Assembly (NCBI GenBank): GCA_973895155.1 | Contig: OZ316892.1 | Coordinates: 24,823,233 to 24,887,232 of the forward strand | Source of the DNA: Marsupella aquatica | Taxonomy: Eukaryota; Plantae; Marchantiophyta | Direction of reading: 5' to 3' | DNA length: 64,000 nucleotides | In this document: piece by piece, positions 13,018-25,800 of the stretch | How the letters are laid out: every line of letters starts with the position of its first letter | How positions within the stretch are numbered: position 1 is the stretch's first letter | Notes under the pieces: generated by a model | Seen by the model: the letters and a program-made list of their open reading frames with translations, nothing else | What the model was told of the DNA's origin: nothing | Database searches by the model: none | Program-made: the position numbers and the translations under genes

Positions 13018-13657
13018 ACGGTGATGCACGACCTTCAATTCGAGCGTGCTCTTACATTTTCTTTTTCTCTTTCTCTTTTTTGTGGGGGGTCCACTGTACT
13101 CTATCACCAGCTTGCACATGTTTGGAGTCTTCACAATAGTGGCAGCTGTCGGGCAAAAGTTTTTTGGTTGTAGACTTGCAGAGCTGCAGCAATTGTGGTG
13201 CTCGTAGAAGGACTTACACGTCGCAAGACCCAAAAACTCAATATTGTAGCTTCGTTCAACGCTGCCTCCTGCTCGTTGGCCCCTCCCCGGTTTCATTGTA
13301 TTGTTCCACCAGATGAAAAACCAGATTGAAACCACATAAAACCCAGATGATGCTATACATACAGAGCAACGGGCTGCTTGTGGACTGGCACCATGGCTGG
13401 TAGCTTACCAATTCATCATCGATGTTTGGAGGTTTTCTGCATAACTGCCACAGTAAGACATTGTGCTCGGGCTTGATACCAGTTGTGTCGATGGAGTTCA
13501 AGAATATCCCAGCCGATTCTAATTCGAGGCTTCCCGAAGATCTGGGTAACTGTACCTCTAATGTCATTCATCATTATGACTGATGAACGTGGTTCACACA
13601 TGATTCTCCACAGGAAAGTTGTTTCGGGACTGAATTGGTTCAGAATGGTTACTCATT

Positions 13658-14062
13658 TTTCGACCCAAAAGTCCCAAGTTTCCAATTGCACCCACATCAA
13701 AGTGCAAAACAAGCTTATGTGATCATTCGTGCAATTCCATGTTTGCACATAACAGGAAACACGAAGCGCAAAATTTTCACCCAGCAGAAGGTTTCGACCC
13801 AAAAGTCCCAAGTTTCCAATTGCACCCATATCAAAGTGCAAAACAAGCTTATTTGATCATTCGTGCAATTCCATGTTTGCACATAACAGGACACATGAAG
13901 CGCAAAATTTTCACCCAGCAGAAGGTTTCGACCCAAAAGTCCCAAGTTTCCAATTGCACCCATATCAAAGTGCAAAACAAGCTTATTTGATCATTCGTGC
14001 AATTCCATGTTTGCACATAACAGGACACATGAAGCGCAAAATTTTCACCCAGCAGAAGGTTT
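13658..14062. repeat. 134-bp tandem repeat x3, near-identical
   Basis: CGACCCAAAAGTCCC recurs at 13661, 13795 and 13929. Confidence 0.95.
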
Positions 14063-14799
14063 GGCACACCAAATTGTCGACCTGGTTTAATAACGTGACC
14101 GATGTTGATCTTGTATTGCAAAGACTACAGCAGACCGCAGACATCACTCACCGGTAAACCATTCTTTCATGTTCTGCTTTGAATGCAATAACCGAAGAAA
14201 AGCCGACCTGCATGCCGGACTGCGGGAGTTTCATCTCGGGACGGCTGCCTAGTCGACGGGTGCCTACCTGCCTAGTCCCATCCAAACCAGCGGTAACATG
14301 ATACAGCTCTATACAGAAAGTGCGGTACTGCTACTGCAGCTGTACGGGCAATTCGATGCAAATCTCGTCAGAACTTGGGTAACATTTGTGAAGTTGCTGA
14401 CCAGAACTAACTCTAGAGCTCGTAGCTCTGTAGCTAGAATGTCAAGCGCTTGACATTCTGAAACGAGAGAGTATTCACGAACGCAAATCGTTCTATGCAA
14501 AAGTTAGGAAGATCGTTTCGTTTGTGACGACAGGTGACTAAGAGCCTCGAATACAACAACAAGCACAAATTGCTGCATGTAAGAATAGAAGCTCTAACTT
14601 CCATACTACTGAAATCCAAAGGTGGGGTCTCAATTGAGTCACAGAATGTAGTCAACAGCCTCAACTTCAAACTCTTAAAAGTTCCATCGTAAGCCATTTT
14701 TCTCTGAATCTTTCCATGCAAAAAAGGAACTCTTCAAAGTGCTACTTTCCGAGGATGGCCGGGGTTGATCACTTGACTGCGAACTCAATGCGATGACTT

Positions 14800-15177
14800 T
14801 CAACCAGTACTGCAGGCATCTGTTGCACAACCATATTCGCACGCCAACCACCCCGCATTAATGAACGGAGGCCCATTTACCCACTGCGCGATAAACTGGA
14901 AATGACCCCATAAATTACTATACTCGACGAGGCCATTGCTGGCGTCAAAAATAGTTGAATAACCTGCTTGGCAAGTGTAGTGGTACAACCCGTCGTCCGC
15001 GATGAAAGGGGCACCGATGGCGCATTTTTCATCGCCGTTGTCAACAAGAGCTGAAATTAGAATGATAGTTGGATGGAGCGGATCACCAACTAACGCGTAT
15101 TCCCCTTGGAAATTGACACAGCACTGAACAGCGATGGCGCGTACGAGGATAATACCGAGGAGATAGTTGACATTCAT
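14800..15177 (-). CDS. Putative small secreted cysteine-rich protein (125 aa, intronless), fungal-like
   Basis: ATG-to-TGA ORF with a hydrophobic signal peptide (LLGIILVRAIAVQC) and protein-like composition; C..DNG...C..DG.Y...C..GY..V.Y..F.F..W...YGC pattern; TATA-like tract near 15409-15418. Confidence 0.7.
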   Translation of the reverse strand: MNVNYLLGIILVRAIAVQCCVNFQGEYALVGDPLHPTIILISALVDNGDEKCAIGAPFIADDGLYHYTCQAGYSTIFDASNGLVEYSNLWGHFQFIAQWVNGPPFINAGWLACEYGCATDACSTG

Positions 15178-16389
15178 CTCTCGTTGGAGTACGGTTTATC
15201 GATCTGACGTACTGGACGTGGATGCAGAAAATCCAGAGAAAGAGATCACTACGTTGTACCGTCCCAGTCGCTTCTCTGGATAATGGCCAGTAGATTTTTC
15301 AAATTCATCTCCAGTTGGAATTGGGCTTGAAGCACTATTGAATGGAATAGGGTTCATCAATCGATGTCCTGGCGGTGGATGAAGGAAATCCACAGAAGAG
15401 ATCACAACTATATATATACCGTCTAAGCCGGCTTTGCTTATTAACAGTACAGATGTTACAATGTCCTTAGGGAAGCATGTCGGGATGGACCAGGCTTTCG
15501 GACTTCAAGTGTGAATTCTTCGATGTGAGCACAACAGACCTCAGTTTTGAGTGTGAGTTGCGGAAGGGTGACTTAGAGTGTGAACAGCTCAAGAAAATGC
15601 TGTTTTCTGGTTGTAGTATTGAGTGTGAGTTGGGAAAGACCGACTTGCTAAAAAAAAAGGTATTTCACTGTTTGTTGTTCTGATTATGAGGCCCCCGACA
15701 TTGCATTTCTAACCAGTTGCATGGTCAAGTTCCTACCTCTAATGCATGTCTGCTCGATATGTTTACTGTTTCCTTCGGGTACTTTGAGTCTGGCTCACTT
15801 AACATACATTCACATGTCCTTTTGGTGCTTTGACTGCTTTCGGATATTGTCTTTTCGGTATTTTGAGTTTAACTTCTAGCTTGTGTTGAAGTGTATGGGC
15901 ATTCTGATCCTCAATTACAGATATATCATGCTGAGGCTGTGGATGAGGACGCTCTTTGCCATGATTTATAAATCTCTATTATTGAATGCTCCATGAGAAA
16001 AACAGAGGATAACTCTACAAGCTTGACACATACTCTGCCTGCAAGCCACTCGTGTTACCTACTGTTGTCACTTCTGTGTATTTTCCGAAATGAAAAGCTT
16101 GCCCTCGCACTGTTCTTCTCTTCGTAAATTCGGGCTCCCAGTAATCTTCCAAAGTATCTTCATCTCGTCATTTACTACTACATATTCTCTTTTTAACTAT
16201 CCCTCCATTCAAAAACCTGAAGTTCAGTGGATGCACTGCAAAGGCCCAAATAGTGTACTTCAAATTCCCCAAAGATCTTGATTCGTTTCAATTTCTTTCT
16301 TTCTTGGCTTGGATTGCTATGTAAAAGAGTCAATAGAGTCTCCTGGCCTCACCATTATTTTGCAGTCCAAAATGACATTAATTTTTTGT

Positions 16390-18350
16390 CACGTAAACAC
16401 CTTAATTGCAAGTTACCACTTTCAAGTTAGCACTATTCTGTACTTAAATCCACCAGTGGGGTGAGGTTACAGGCAAGGGTGACCACTAGTCTGCATGTGG
16501 GACCACATGCGGACTAATGGTGCATCCCTTAAATGGCGCTTTTGTCAGGCAAGGTCGGGGGCAAGGTATGCTCAATGCACAAATTACTCTCAAAGATTAA
16601 ACTAAGGGGAAAACTATGTTTACTCAGAGGAGTACGTTGTCATGTGAATAATTGACTTAACTTCTAAGTGACTAGCAGGCCTAATGGCAGTCGATGCCCA
16701 GTCTCGCATCTGCCTGGCAAGCTTGACTTTCGCTTTCACTCCTTAGTTCTTCTCTAATCCTGCTCAGGCCGGGACTCTGGCCCCCACGGGAAGGGGGCCT
16801 CCTAAATACTACTTGCCAAACGGGTTGCCAAAGTGACGGAAGAGGCAAGTACCTCCCCCAAGTAATCCGTGCATAAGCACCTAACTGCTGGTTGCTATCT
16901 TCAAAAACTGTCGCAGTTGACTGTCAGTATTCTGTCATGGTTGACCTGTGACCCTAATCCCTAAAACCTATCTATCTTTCATATCACGTTGACTAGCATC
17001 CTACCCTATGTCGATGGTCCTAACTCTTGTCCTAACAAAGTCTCTTCCTAATCCTATATATTGTGCTGCTAATTGGCATGGCAGTTGTTCTGCCGCTAAA
17101 GTAAGCCTAACGATGCCCCTGTCATCCTACCGTACATCATTGTTGACTCACCACCCCTTTCCTCAACCATCCCCCCCCCCCCCGCGGTCATTCTACACTA
17201 CTGGCCTTGGGTTTGTCTTCTTGTTGGGTTGGGGCCTAAAGTTGCATTTGTCAAAGGCATCTCCTAACCCGTCCACCAGCAGTAGCGTAACCCGAGTTTG
17301 CAAGGCTCTGTTGTCCCAGGCTGCCTCCTTCGCCACTTTGGAGATTTTGTCCACCTCGGCCTGTAGACGTGCCACTTGAGATTGCCAATTGTCTTAATGT
17401 TGGCCTGGTGTTGCGCCATCCATTTATATCAATCCGAGGTGACAGTTGTCATTTGTTGAGCGGCCTGCACAAACCGATTGTTGAGGTTGGTCAAAAAACT
17501 AACCCTGGCAGCCACGACCTTTTCAAGCCGAGACACAACAGCACTTTGCTCTTTCAGGTGTTGTTGAACCTTAAGCAGCTCTTGACTTACTCCGTCACAT
17601 TCCCAATCACGTTGACCTGTGACGCAGTCTAACTCCACTTGGTTGGTCATTGCTGTTGTCTCCAGGCGCTCCACAGTCATTTGGAGGGCTCTGATCTCAT
17701 TACCCTTGGCCCCGATTTCCTCATGTGCAAGGTTCATAAGTCACGGGTGGGTCTCCAACATAAAGAAGGTCAATCGGAAATGGTTCTAGCCAGTGAAGCA
17801 ACAAGATGGCTTCCTATAAAAAGAAACTGGTATCAAAATCGGATAGCTGAACTGGACAGAATAGGACCAGACATATGGCTTCGACGACCGATATCGCTTC
17901 AACGACCGTTTCAGAGGCAAGCTGACTTACTAAGTGCAGAGAGGAGGAGATGGGCTCAAAGCTTGAGCGAGGAGTGAACTGGTGAAGCAGAGATGGGGGA
18001 AAGCTCGCCTTTTATACCCCAATAGTGCATCGAACGATCTGTTTCTCCTGCTCGTGATAGGCTGAGCTTATCACGCCTAAAGCTTACTGATCACTCCTCT
18101 GGTCCGAGCCGAGCGTGCCAAAGATTGATACCGGCTCAATCATACGGACCCAAGGCTGACAACTATAACGCGCTCCTAATCTGGTGGTACGTCAAGTGCA
18201 GTGCCGCCAGCCCGAGCGTGAACCTCCATCATTACTGGCCTAATCATAATGACTAACTAATCTAGTGTCGTTATGCTAATAACTACAGACTCCTACGTCT
18301 ACTTTGTACTACTAAATACGGATTAAGTTGTATTACTGATTAATTGCCAT
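16390..18350 (-). mobile_element. Probable LTR-retrotransposon (gypsy-like) remnant carrying a disrupted coiled-coil ORF
   Basis: Frameshifted heptad-rich minus ORFs at 17429-17737 and 17193-17375; LTR-like promoter segment near 17990-18025; no pol domains; termini and TSD not resolved. Confidence 0.3.
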
Positions 18351-21300
18351 GCTGGTGGCGTCACAGCATTGCTTAAACACTAGACTCCAAAGAGCATCTA
18401 ATGTATCGCTACTCTTCCGGTCCCGCTTCTGGTTTGGTGTTGCTCATCAATATTTGGTACATGCTTTGCTGAGGTATGAGGTTAATTTCTCCAGTCAACA
18501 AATTTTTATTTGTTTTCAAAAGACGATGAAAGTAATAAGTTTATGATTCTATGCCTTGTTCAACTGTTAGCAATGCTGGATCCATGTATAGATGCCAAAC
18601 AAGAATTGAGAGGGTTTTGAAAAGTCCAATTTTCCTTGCATGGTGCCTTCATTGAGGAATATAAACCCAGCATTTTTTAGCTCCCCAACAGGGGAACAAG
18701 GCTTTTTGTTGTCCGGGTGCAATGGTTGCTAAGTGAGCAAGCTAAGAAGAAAAAAAACATGGTAGAGAAAGGAGGAGGGCGAGATGGAAGAATGATAACC
18801 TCTTTGGGCATGGGAGTGACAGCAGAAGGAGAGGTTCAAAGTGTTACTGCTGTGATTGAGATGGTGAGATCTGTGGCTACATACTCTGCAATTGAGATGA
18901 ATATGGGCCTTCACTGTTAAACATCCTCCTGGCCCATTTAATCAAAATCCCTGAATGCTTTGAGTATACATAACAATTTTGGAGAAGCAAATCTAAATTG
19001 TGTCTCTGCATGTAGACCTGGAAATTGCCAGTGGGCCCCTTCCAGATGGCGTTTTACAAATCCTGACAGTCCTCGATAACAAGATTTCTTGGGAATCCAT
19101 GACTCTTAAAGCAATTGCTTATTTGAGGGGTCCAATCCTGTGTAAATATGTGCTAGTGACGCATGAGACTGCAGGAAATTTTTATCTGATATGCACAAGC
19201 AACTTATAGTGGTGTGTTTGTAGTCTAAAACTTGCTGCCCTGACTCCTACATCAGCTGCTGCCCTGTCCTGAGTCAGGCACCTTCCCAAGGTGTCGTTGT
19301 GGCCTCACTGTATAGCTTGCAGGCCCAAATGTAGTTGCATTAGCTTTGTGTACACATACAAATGTGTAAACAAGTTGGCCTTTTTCCTTCATAAAGGTGC
19401 CTGACTCCGGACCTGACTCAGGGGAGGGGTCAACAGCTGATCCTTGGGACCCGATATATGATCCTGCGCTGTGCAGTATTGCTTGCAATATGAGCTAAGT
19501 GTTTTCCTTTATGTTTCTGCAGATTGCATATCAAGTGAATGTAACACAATCACAATGCAGACCCAAATGATAGATTCTAGAACAATTTTTAAGAAAAACC
19601 TTTCTCTTGTGATTGAAAGAGACTGTGAAAGAGTTGTGCTGGTCCAATGAACAGAGAGTACCAATTGAATTGCAAGGAGGTGGTTACGCATGCCCAAAAG
19701 TCAAGTAGCAGCCTTGATTTTTTGCAGTCAGTAGCCCGGTATGCAAACAAGAACTACAAAGATTGATATGCCCTAGTATGTCTACACTAGCGCGGTAAAT
19801 AAGTCTGCAAGTGGCTTCGTTTTAGGCGATGGATTGTTTGAACTTACCCTATGAACGAGTTACATCGGATTTAGGTTTTGCCGTTTTTTCACTTTTTCTG
19901 CGCGTTTGACCATTTTGGCAATTTCGCGACTCCATTTGGGTCATAACTTTCTCCAGGAGTTTCGGATCTGGGTGTTCTTGACGGCTTTGGAAAGATCTTG
20001 GCGAGGCGGTGAAGATCGATATGAATTGCGCCCCAAACGGTCACCAATTGAGCGAGTTTCATCAGATTTAGGTTTCGCCGTTTTTTCACATTGGCTGCGC
20101 GTTTGGCGATCTTGGCGTTTCCACGACTCGATTTGGGGCAACGTATGAGCGAGTCACATCGGCTTTAGGCCATCGCTTCTCCTCCAATTGGTTGTTGCCT
20201 TCGGGAGCTGTTGCCGCACGCTCAATCTAGAGGGCGGATCTTCACTCGCGTCGACTCCCCAACGGACAGATCGACGGGCGTTTCAGCTTTGTTCCTTACT
20301 GTTCCTGCACCTGCTCAACGGTTTCCTAGGCTAGCGGTGGCGCCGTTTCTCGACCTGATGCGGTGGGCTCTCTCCATCGCCTCCCCTTTCTTTTCACATG
20401 CCTCGGTTGGGCCTTTTGTCGCTTCTTGATGCGTTTTTGCTTTTATCGGGTTGCGGCCTGTCATGTCTACGTTGAGAGTGTTGGCGCGGGGCAAGCGCCC
20501 AGCCCCACCCCACACTTCTCCCCCGTCCTCCCCTCCCCCTCGTGGCCGTCTTCGTGTTTGCTCTTCTTCACTGGATCTCTCTCATCTTCGTGATGATCCC
20601 ATGCCCGATGCTCTGCCAGTCCCCCCCGTCTACTGCCCACCCCATCGTCGCCCTGGCTCCTCTCCCCACCCCATTCCCCCTCCACCCATTCATCATCCTC
20701 CTCCGGCCTCCTCGTCCACATCTATTCCACCCCCACCTCCTGTCCAGTCTTTCCCTGCTCCCTCCCCGAACGAGCGTCCCCTGCATACTTGTCCTGACTG
20801 TGGATGGGTTGGCATCTCCCTCCCTCATCATCGCGGGCGGGGCCGGTGCCATCGTCGCCAGCAAGCACAATCCCAGCCTCAGCCCCCTATTGACCCGGTT
20901 AGCTCTGCCCCTCCCTCCTTGGAGGCTCCCGAGCAGGCATGGAGTTGGGTTCGCACTCTAGACCCCCTTCCAGCCTCCCATGCAGGGTACATTAGACCTC
21001 GCCTTTATAACCACATTCCTCTGGCGCTGCGCCCTATAGTTCGGTCCTCCTTGTTGCAACTCATGCAGCTTATCTTGGCGCATCCTATGGAGGTCTCCTA
21101 TTGGTCTTTACTGATGCTTTTTCCACAGTGGACTCTTACCCTCCCTAGTCATGGTGGTCGTGTGGGTCACCGTGAGACTGCCTCTCGTATCCATCGTTTT
21201 TTACGGGGAGATTGGGAGCAGCTTCAGGAAGAGTACTTTCTTCGCGCCCGGTCTTTTACCGCCCGTGCTTTGTCTGACCTAGCTCGCCACTCTCATCCCC

Positions 21301-22134
21301 CTGAGCATAGACGTCTTCGTCGCTCTTGTCGTTTAGCCCAGGCTGGTGAATATCGTCGGGCTGTCCAGGCCCTTTCTCCCACCACACCAGCCCCCCCTGG
21401 CGAGGTCACCTCGTTGGCCCTTCAGGATCTCCATCCGCAGCCCCATGATCAGCTCCCTTTGTTTGTCGAGGATTTTGAGCCTGAGGAGGATCTTCAGTTT
21501 AGTAGGGACCACTTCACCTATGCCTTCCTCCATGCCCCGCGTTGTTCTGCTGGTGGCCCCTCCGGCTATGTCTTTGAGCATTTTCGTGATTTATTCCCCC
21601 CTGAGGATCCTCAGTTTGGTTTTCCAGTTTTCTTCTCCTTTTGCCAATGTATTGCAGCCGGTCGTTTGCCTCCTCCCGTCTCTCGGCTCTTGAGTGCTTC
21701 TCGTTTATTGGCCATGGCTAAGTCTTCGCCGGGTGTTCGGCCAATTGCTATTGGGGAGGTTTTTCTTCGTCTTGTGTCTCGCACACTTTCCTCACAGTTT
21801 CGCTCTGCACTATCGGATCATCTCTCTCCACATCAGTTTGCAGTTGGCGTTCTTGGTGGTTGTGAGACGGTTATTGCGGGTATTCGAGCTACATTGGACC
21901 TCCACCCTGATTGGGTTGTCCTCCAGGTTGATGTCTCTAACGCTTTTAATACGGTTTCTCGGGCAGCCATTTTTCGTGCTTTGAGGGCGGCGGATCCAGA
22001 CATCCAGTCCCTGATCCCCTTTGTCCGTTGTTTTTATGGACTCGAGGCCCCACTCTTCTATAGTCATCACTCCTCTACAAGTGTGTATACCACTCTTTCC
22101 TCTGCAGAAGGTACACGTCAGGGTGACCCTTTGG

Positions 22135-22609
22135 TGTTGAGCATAGACGACGATCGCAACGGCAAGCCCATGAACCATCCAACGCACAATAGTCGACACA
22201 AGAGATACGTGGTTCACCTCCTTGAGGCTACGTCCACGGGAACACACAAGAGAGCTTTACTGAACTCTAAGCCCGTCGGCTATACCGAGTCTCCACAGTG
22301 TAAGCTCTCCCTATCTCTCAAGTGGCTCCATAACAATGAGCCTTGGTTCTGCCTCTCCAAGCACACATGCCTCTTATGATATAGTGTGCAACTTAGTTGT
22401 ACCTAACCACATAGTTGTACCTAACCACATAGTTGTACCTAATCACATAGTTGTACCTAACCACATAGTTGTACCTAATCACGTAGTTGTACCTAACCAC
22501 ATAGTTGTACCTAATCACGTAGTTGTACCTAACCACGTAGTTGTACCAACCCACGTTGTTGTACCAACCACGTCATACCTAACCTAGACGTAAGAGTAAA
22601 TACCCAACA
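22135..22609 (-). repeat. 3' LTR (475 bp, ten 18-bp internal repeats)
   Basis: TGTTGAGC...CCCAACA; adjacent to the PPT (minus strand AAGGGGAAGAT, ~22610-22620). Confidence 0.95.
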
Positions 22610-22800
22610 ATCTTCCCCTTGACTCTGGTCTAGGGGAGAGTAATACTGCCAATGTATATGATCCCTCAGCGGGAAGTTCTGGACAGAAACCAAACCGGTT
22701 TCCCTCTCTAACTAGAGCAAACCAGAACTAAGCCGTAGCCTAATACATAGGAATGAGGAAGAGCATATATCAGTAATTACAATGAATGTTTAAGAAAACT

Positions 22801-25800
22801 CTACTTGTGATGCAATTGCAAAACCTGCAATACGTCACGGTGTCTAGAGAAACTCTCCAAAGGAATCACTTTGGTAAATGCGTCAGCCGGGTTGAGTTTA
22901 CCATCAATCTTGACTAGCTCAAACAAATTATCAGACACAGCCTGCCTGATAAAATGGTACCTGACGTCAATGTGCTTCACTCTGCTGTCCATCACCTGGT
23001 TCACAGCAAGGTGGAGCGCACTTTGACTATCACAATGGAGCTTCACATTCCCCTGTGGCAATCCCATTTCAGTGATAAGTCTATCCAACCAAATCGCTTC
23101 CTTTGCTGCTTCCGCAGCTGCAACATACTCCGCTTCTGTAGTAGACTGAGCAATACACTTCTGCAAAGTAGACCTCCAACTTATGCATCCACCGCCAAGT
23201 GTGAACACGTATCCTGTTGTTGATCTCCTTCGGTCCAAATCTTGTCCATAGTCAGAATCTACATAGCCAATCAATGATCTAGCATTCTTTGCATTCGCAT
23301 CAAATAAAAGACCATGATCCACGGTACCCTTCAAGTACCTGATAATCCACTTCACTGCTTCCCAGTGTACCTTCCCTGGATTCGACATGTACCTGCTCAC
23401 CTTGCCCAGAGCCATGGCAAGATCAGGTCTAGTGCAAGTCATCAAATACATGAGACTCCCCACTGCCTTGTCATATGGAACCTTTGACATCAACCCCTTC
23501 TCTGTGTCATCCGTAGGACAGAACGCTGATGATAACTTGAAGTGTGGAGCCAACGGGGTACTTACTGGCTTGCTATTCTCCATGTTGAACCTTGCAATTA
23601 CCTTCCTCGCATAACTGCTCTGCGTCAACCATAGCTTGCCAGCCTCCAAGTCCCTAGTGATCTCCATACCCAAAATCCTCTTAGCTGGCCCTAAGTCCTT
23701 CATCTTAAACTCTGCACTAAGTAGTGCCTTGAGCTTAACAATCTCAGACCTATCCTTGGCTGCAATTAGCATGTCATCCACATAAAGTACTAAAACAATG
23801 AACCCAAAGACAACATTCTTCACCGGTTTCAAATACACACAAGGGTCAAATACACTTCTGTGAAAACCTTGTGACCGAATCCAATCGTCAAACCGCTTGT
23901 TCGACTGTCTTGGTGACTGCTTCAACCCATACAAGGATTTCAGCAATCTGCAAACCAATTCCTCCTGTCCTCTCTTCACAAAACCTAGCGGTTGTCTCAT
24001 GAAGATCACCTCTTCCAATGTGCCATAGAGGAAAGCTGTGACAACATCCATCTGATCTAGGAGCAGACCAAACATTACAACAAGTACACACAATAGTCGT
24101 ATTGTAGAGTACTTAGCAACTGGTGAGAAGACCTCATTGTAATCCACACCTTTCTCTTGTGTGAATCCCTTTGCTACCAATCTAGCCTTGTAGACCTTCG
24201 ATCCACCTCCTATGGAATTATCCTTCAGTTTGTAAATCCACTTGTTGTCCACCACTTGCTGACCCTTAGGCAGCTTAACAAGCTCCCAAGTTTTGTTGTC
24301 CTTTAGTGACTGCATCTCCGTTTGCATTGCTGCAGTCCATTTCTGCTTCTCCTTTGAAGCACTTGCCTCATGAAATGAAGAAGGTTCTCCTTCTTCCAAA
24401 ATTAACGCATCACCCTCATCATCAGCTGTAAAATCATCCTCTTGCAGTTGAGATGAATCAACCCACTGTCCATACCTTGATGGAGCGCGTACAGTGCGAC
24501 CAGATGTTCTTCTAGCCGATGACTCCGGTTGATCTGCGTGTGCTGGTACAATTTGAAGCTCAACAGCATCCACTTGCTGCTCACCAGCATCAACAAACTC
24601 CTCTGGTTCCTCTGGCACAGGAACCAGCTCCATAATTGGAGCAACTCCTTCTCTCCGGTCATGCACCTCATAACCAATCTCCCCCTCAACGAGATCCGGG
24701 ATAGGAGATTTTCCTTTGTCAGTACGGGAGACCTGAGTATTCTCCCCCTCCTTCAATAATCTGGATTCATTGAAGGAAACATCCCTACTGACAACGAGCT
24801 TACAGGCAATAGGATCCCATAGCCTATAGGCTTTCACACCACTCTGGTACCCAAGAAAAACACATTTCCTGGAGGTAGGATCCAACTTGGTCCTATTCTG
24901 CTTTGGTGTGAGAGCATATGCATCACTTCCAAAAATTACCAAGCCATGATAGTCTGCTTGCCGCTTATAGCGCATCTCAAACGGCGTTTTGAAATTGATA
25001 GCACTAGAAGGAGAAAGATTTACCAAATAAGCTGCGGTATTGACAGCTTCTGCCCAAAATTCTTGTGGTAAACCTGATTGGCTCAACATACTCCGTGACC
25101 GCTCCAACAGTGTCCGATTGAGCCTCTCAGCGACACCATTCTGCTGCGGAGTATAAACTGTGGTGAGATGGCGAGTTATCCCCTGTTCTAAACAGTACTC
25201 TTCAAATTCCATTGAAGTGTACTCCCCGCCGTTGTCTGACCTCAGACTCTTCACCCTTGTATCCAAACACTTGATCGTGTTTCCAGTCTGATTCTCCACC
25301 TGGGCCTTCCACTTCTTAAAAATGGACAAGATATCAGACTTATGCGTCATGAAATAAATCCACACAAATCTTGAGTAATCATCAATAAATGATACATAGT
25401 ACAACTTTCCAGAGTGTGAGGGAGTCGGGGATGGACCCCACACGTCACTATGTATGTACTCAAGAACCGCTTTGGAACGATGAGTTCCAACACCAAAAGC
25501 ACGACGATGCTGCTTTCCAAGAATGCAATGCTCACAAAACTCTAATTTACAAGATTGCAAATCAGAAATGAGTCCATTCTTCCGTAAGATAGCCAAACCC
25601 TTCTCACTCATGTGGCCTAGCCGTGAATGCCACAGTTGAGTCATCTCCTCGTGAGACTTGGTTACATTGGCCTCTCCACATACAGTATTGCCCTGTAACA
25701 CATACAAATTCTTTTGTCTACTCCCCTTCAAAATCACTGTCTCTCCCGACCTGACTTGAAGTTCACCATCAATAACGCTCCATTGATGACCATTTGAATC

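Noticed and set aside
13635-14157. Repeated short ORFs
   Set aside because: Artefacts of the 134-bp tandem repeat, whose length is not a multiple of 3
18570-19740. Possible gene upstream of the LINE
   Set aside because: Only short, stop-riddled frames with no recognisable domain
20451-22379. 642-aa ORF as a standalone gene
   Set aside because: It is a chimera of the LINE N-terminal half and readthrough into the copia LTR after 22134
22336-22587. VVPNH-repeat peptide ORFs (also 28464-28679)
   Set aside because: These are translations of the 18-bp LTR repeat on the antisense strand of the element; there is no evidence of coding function
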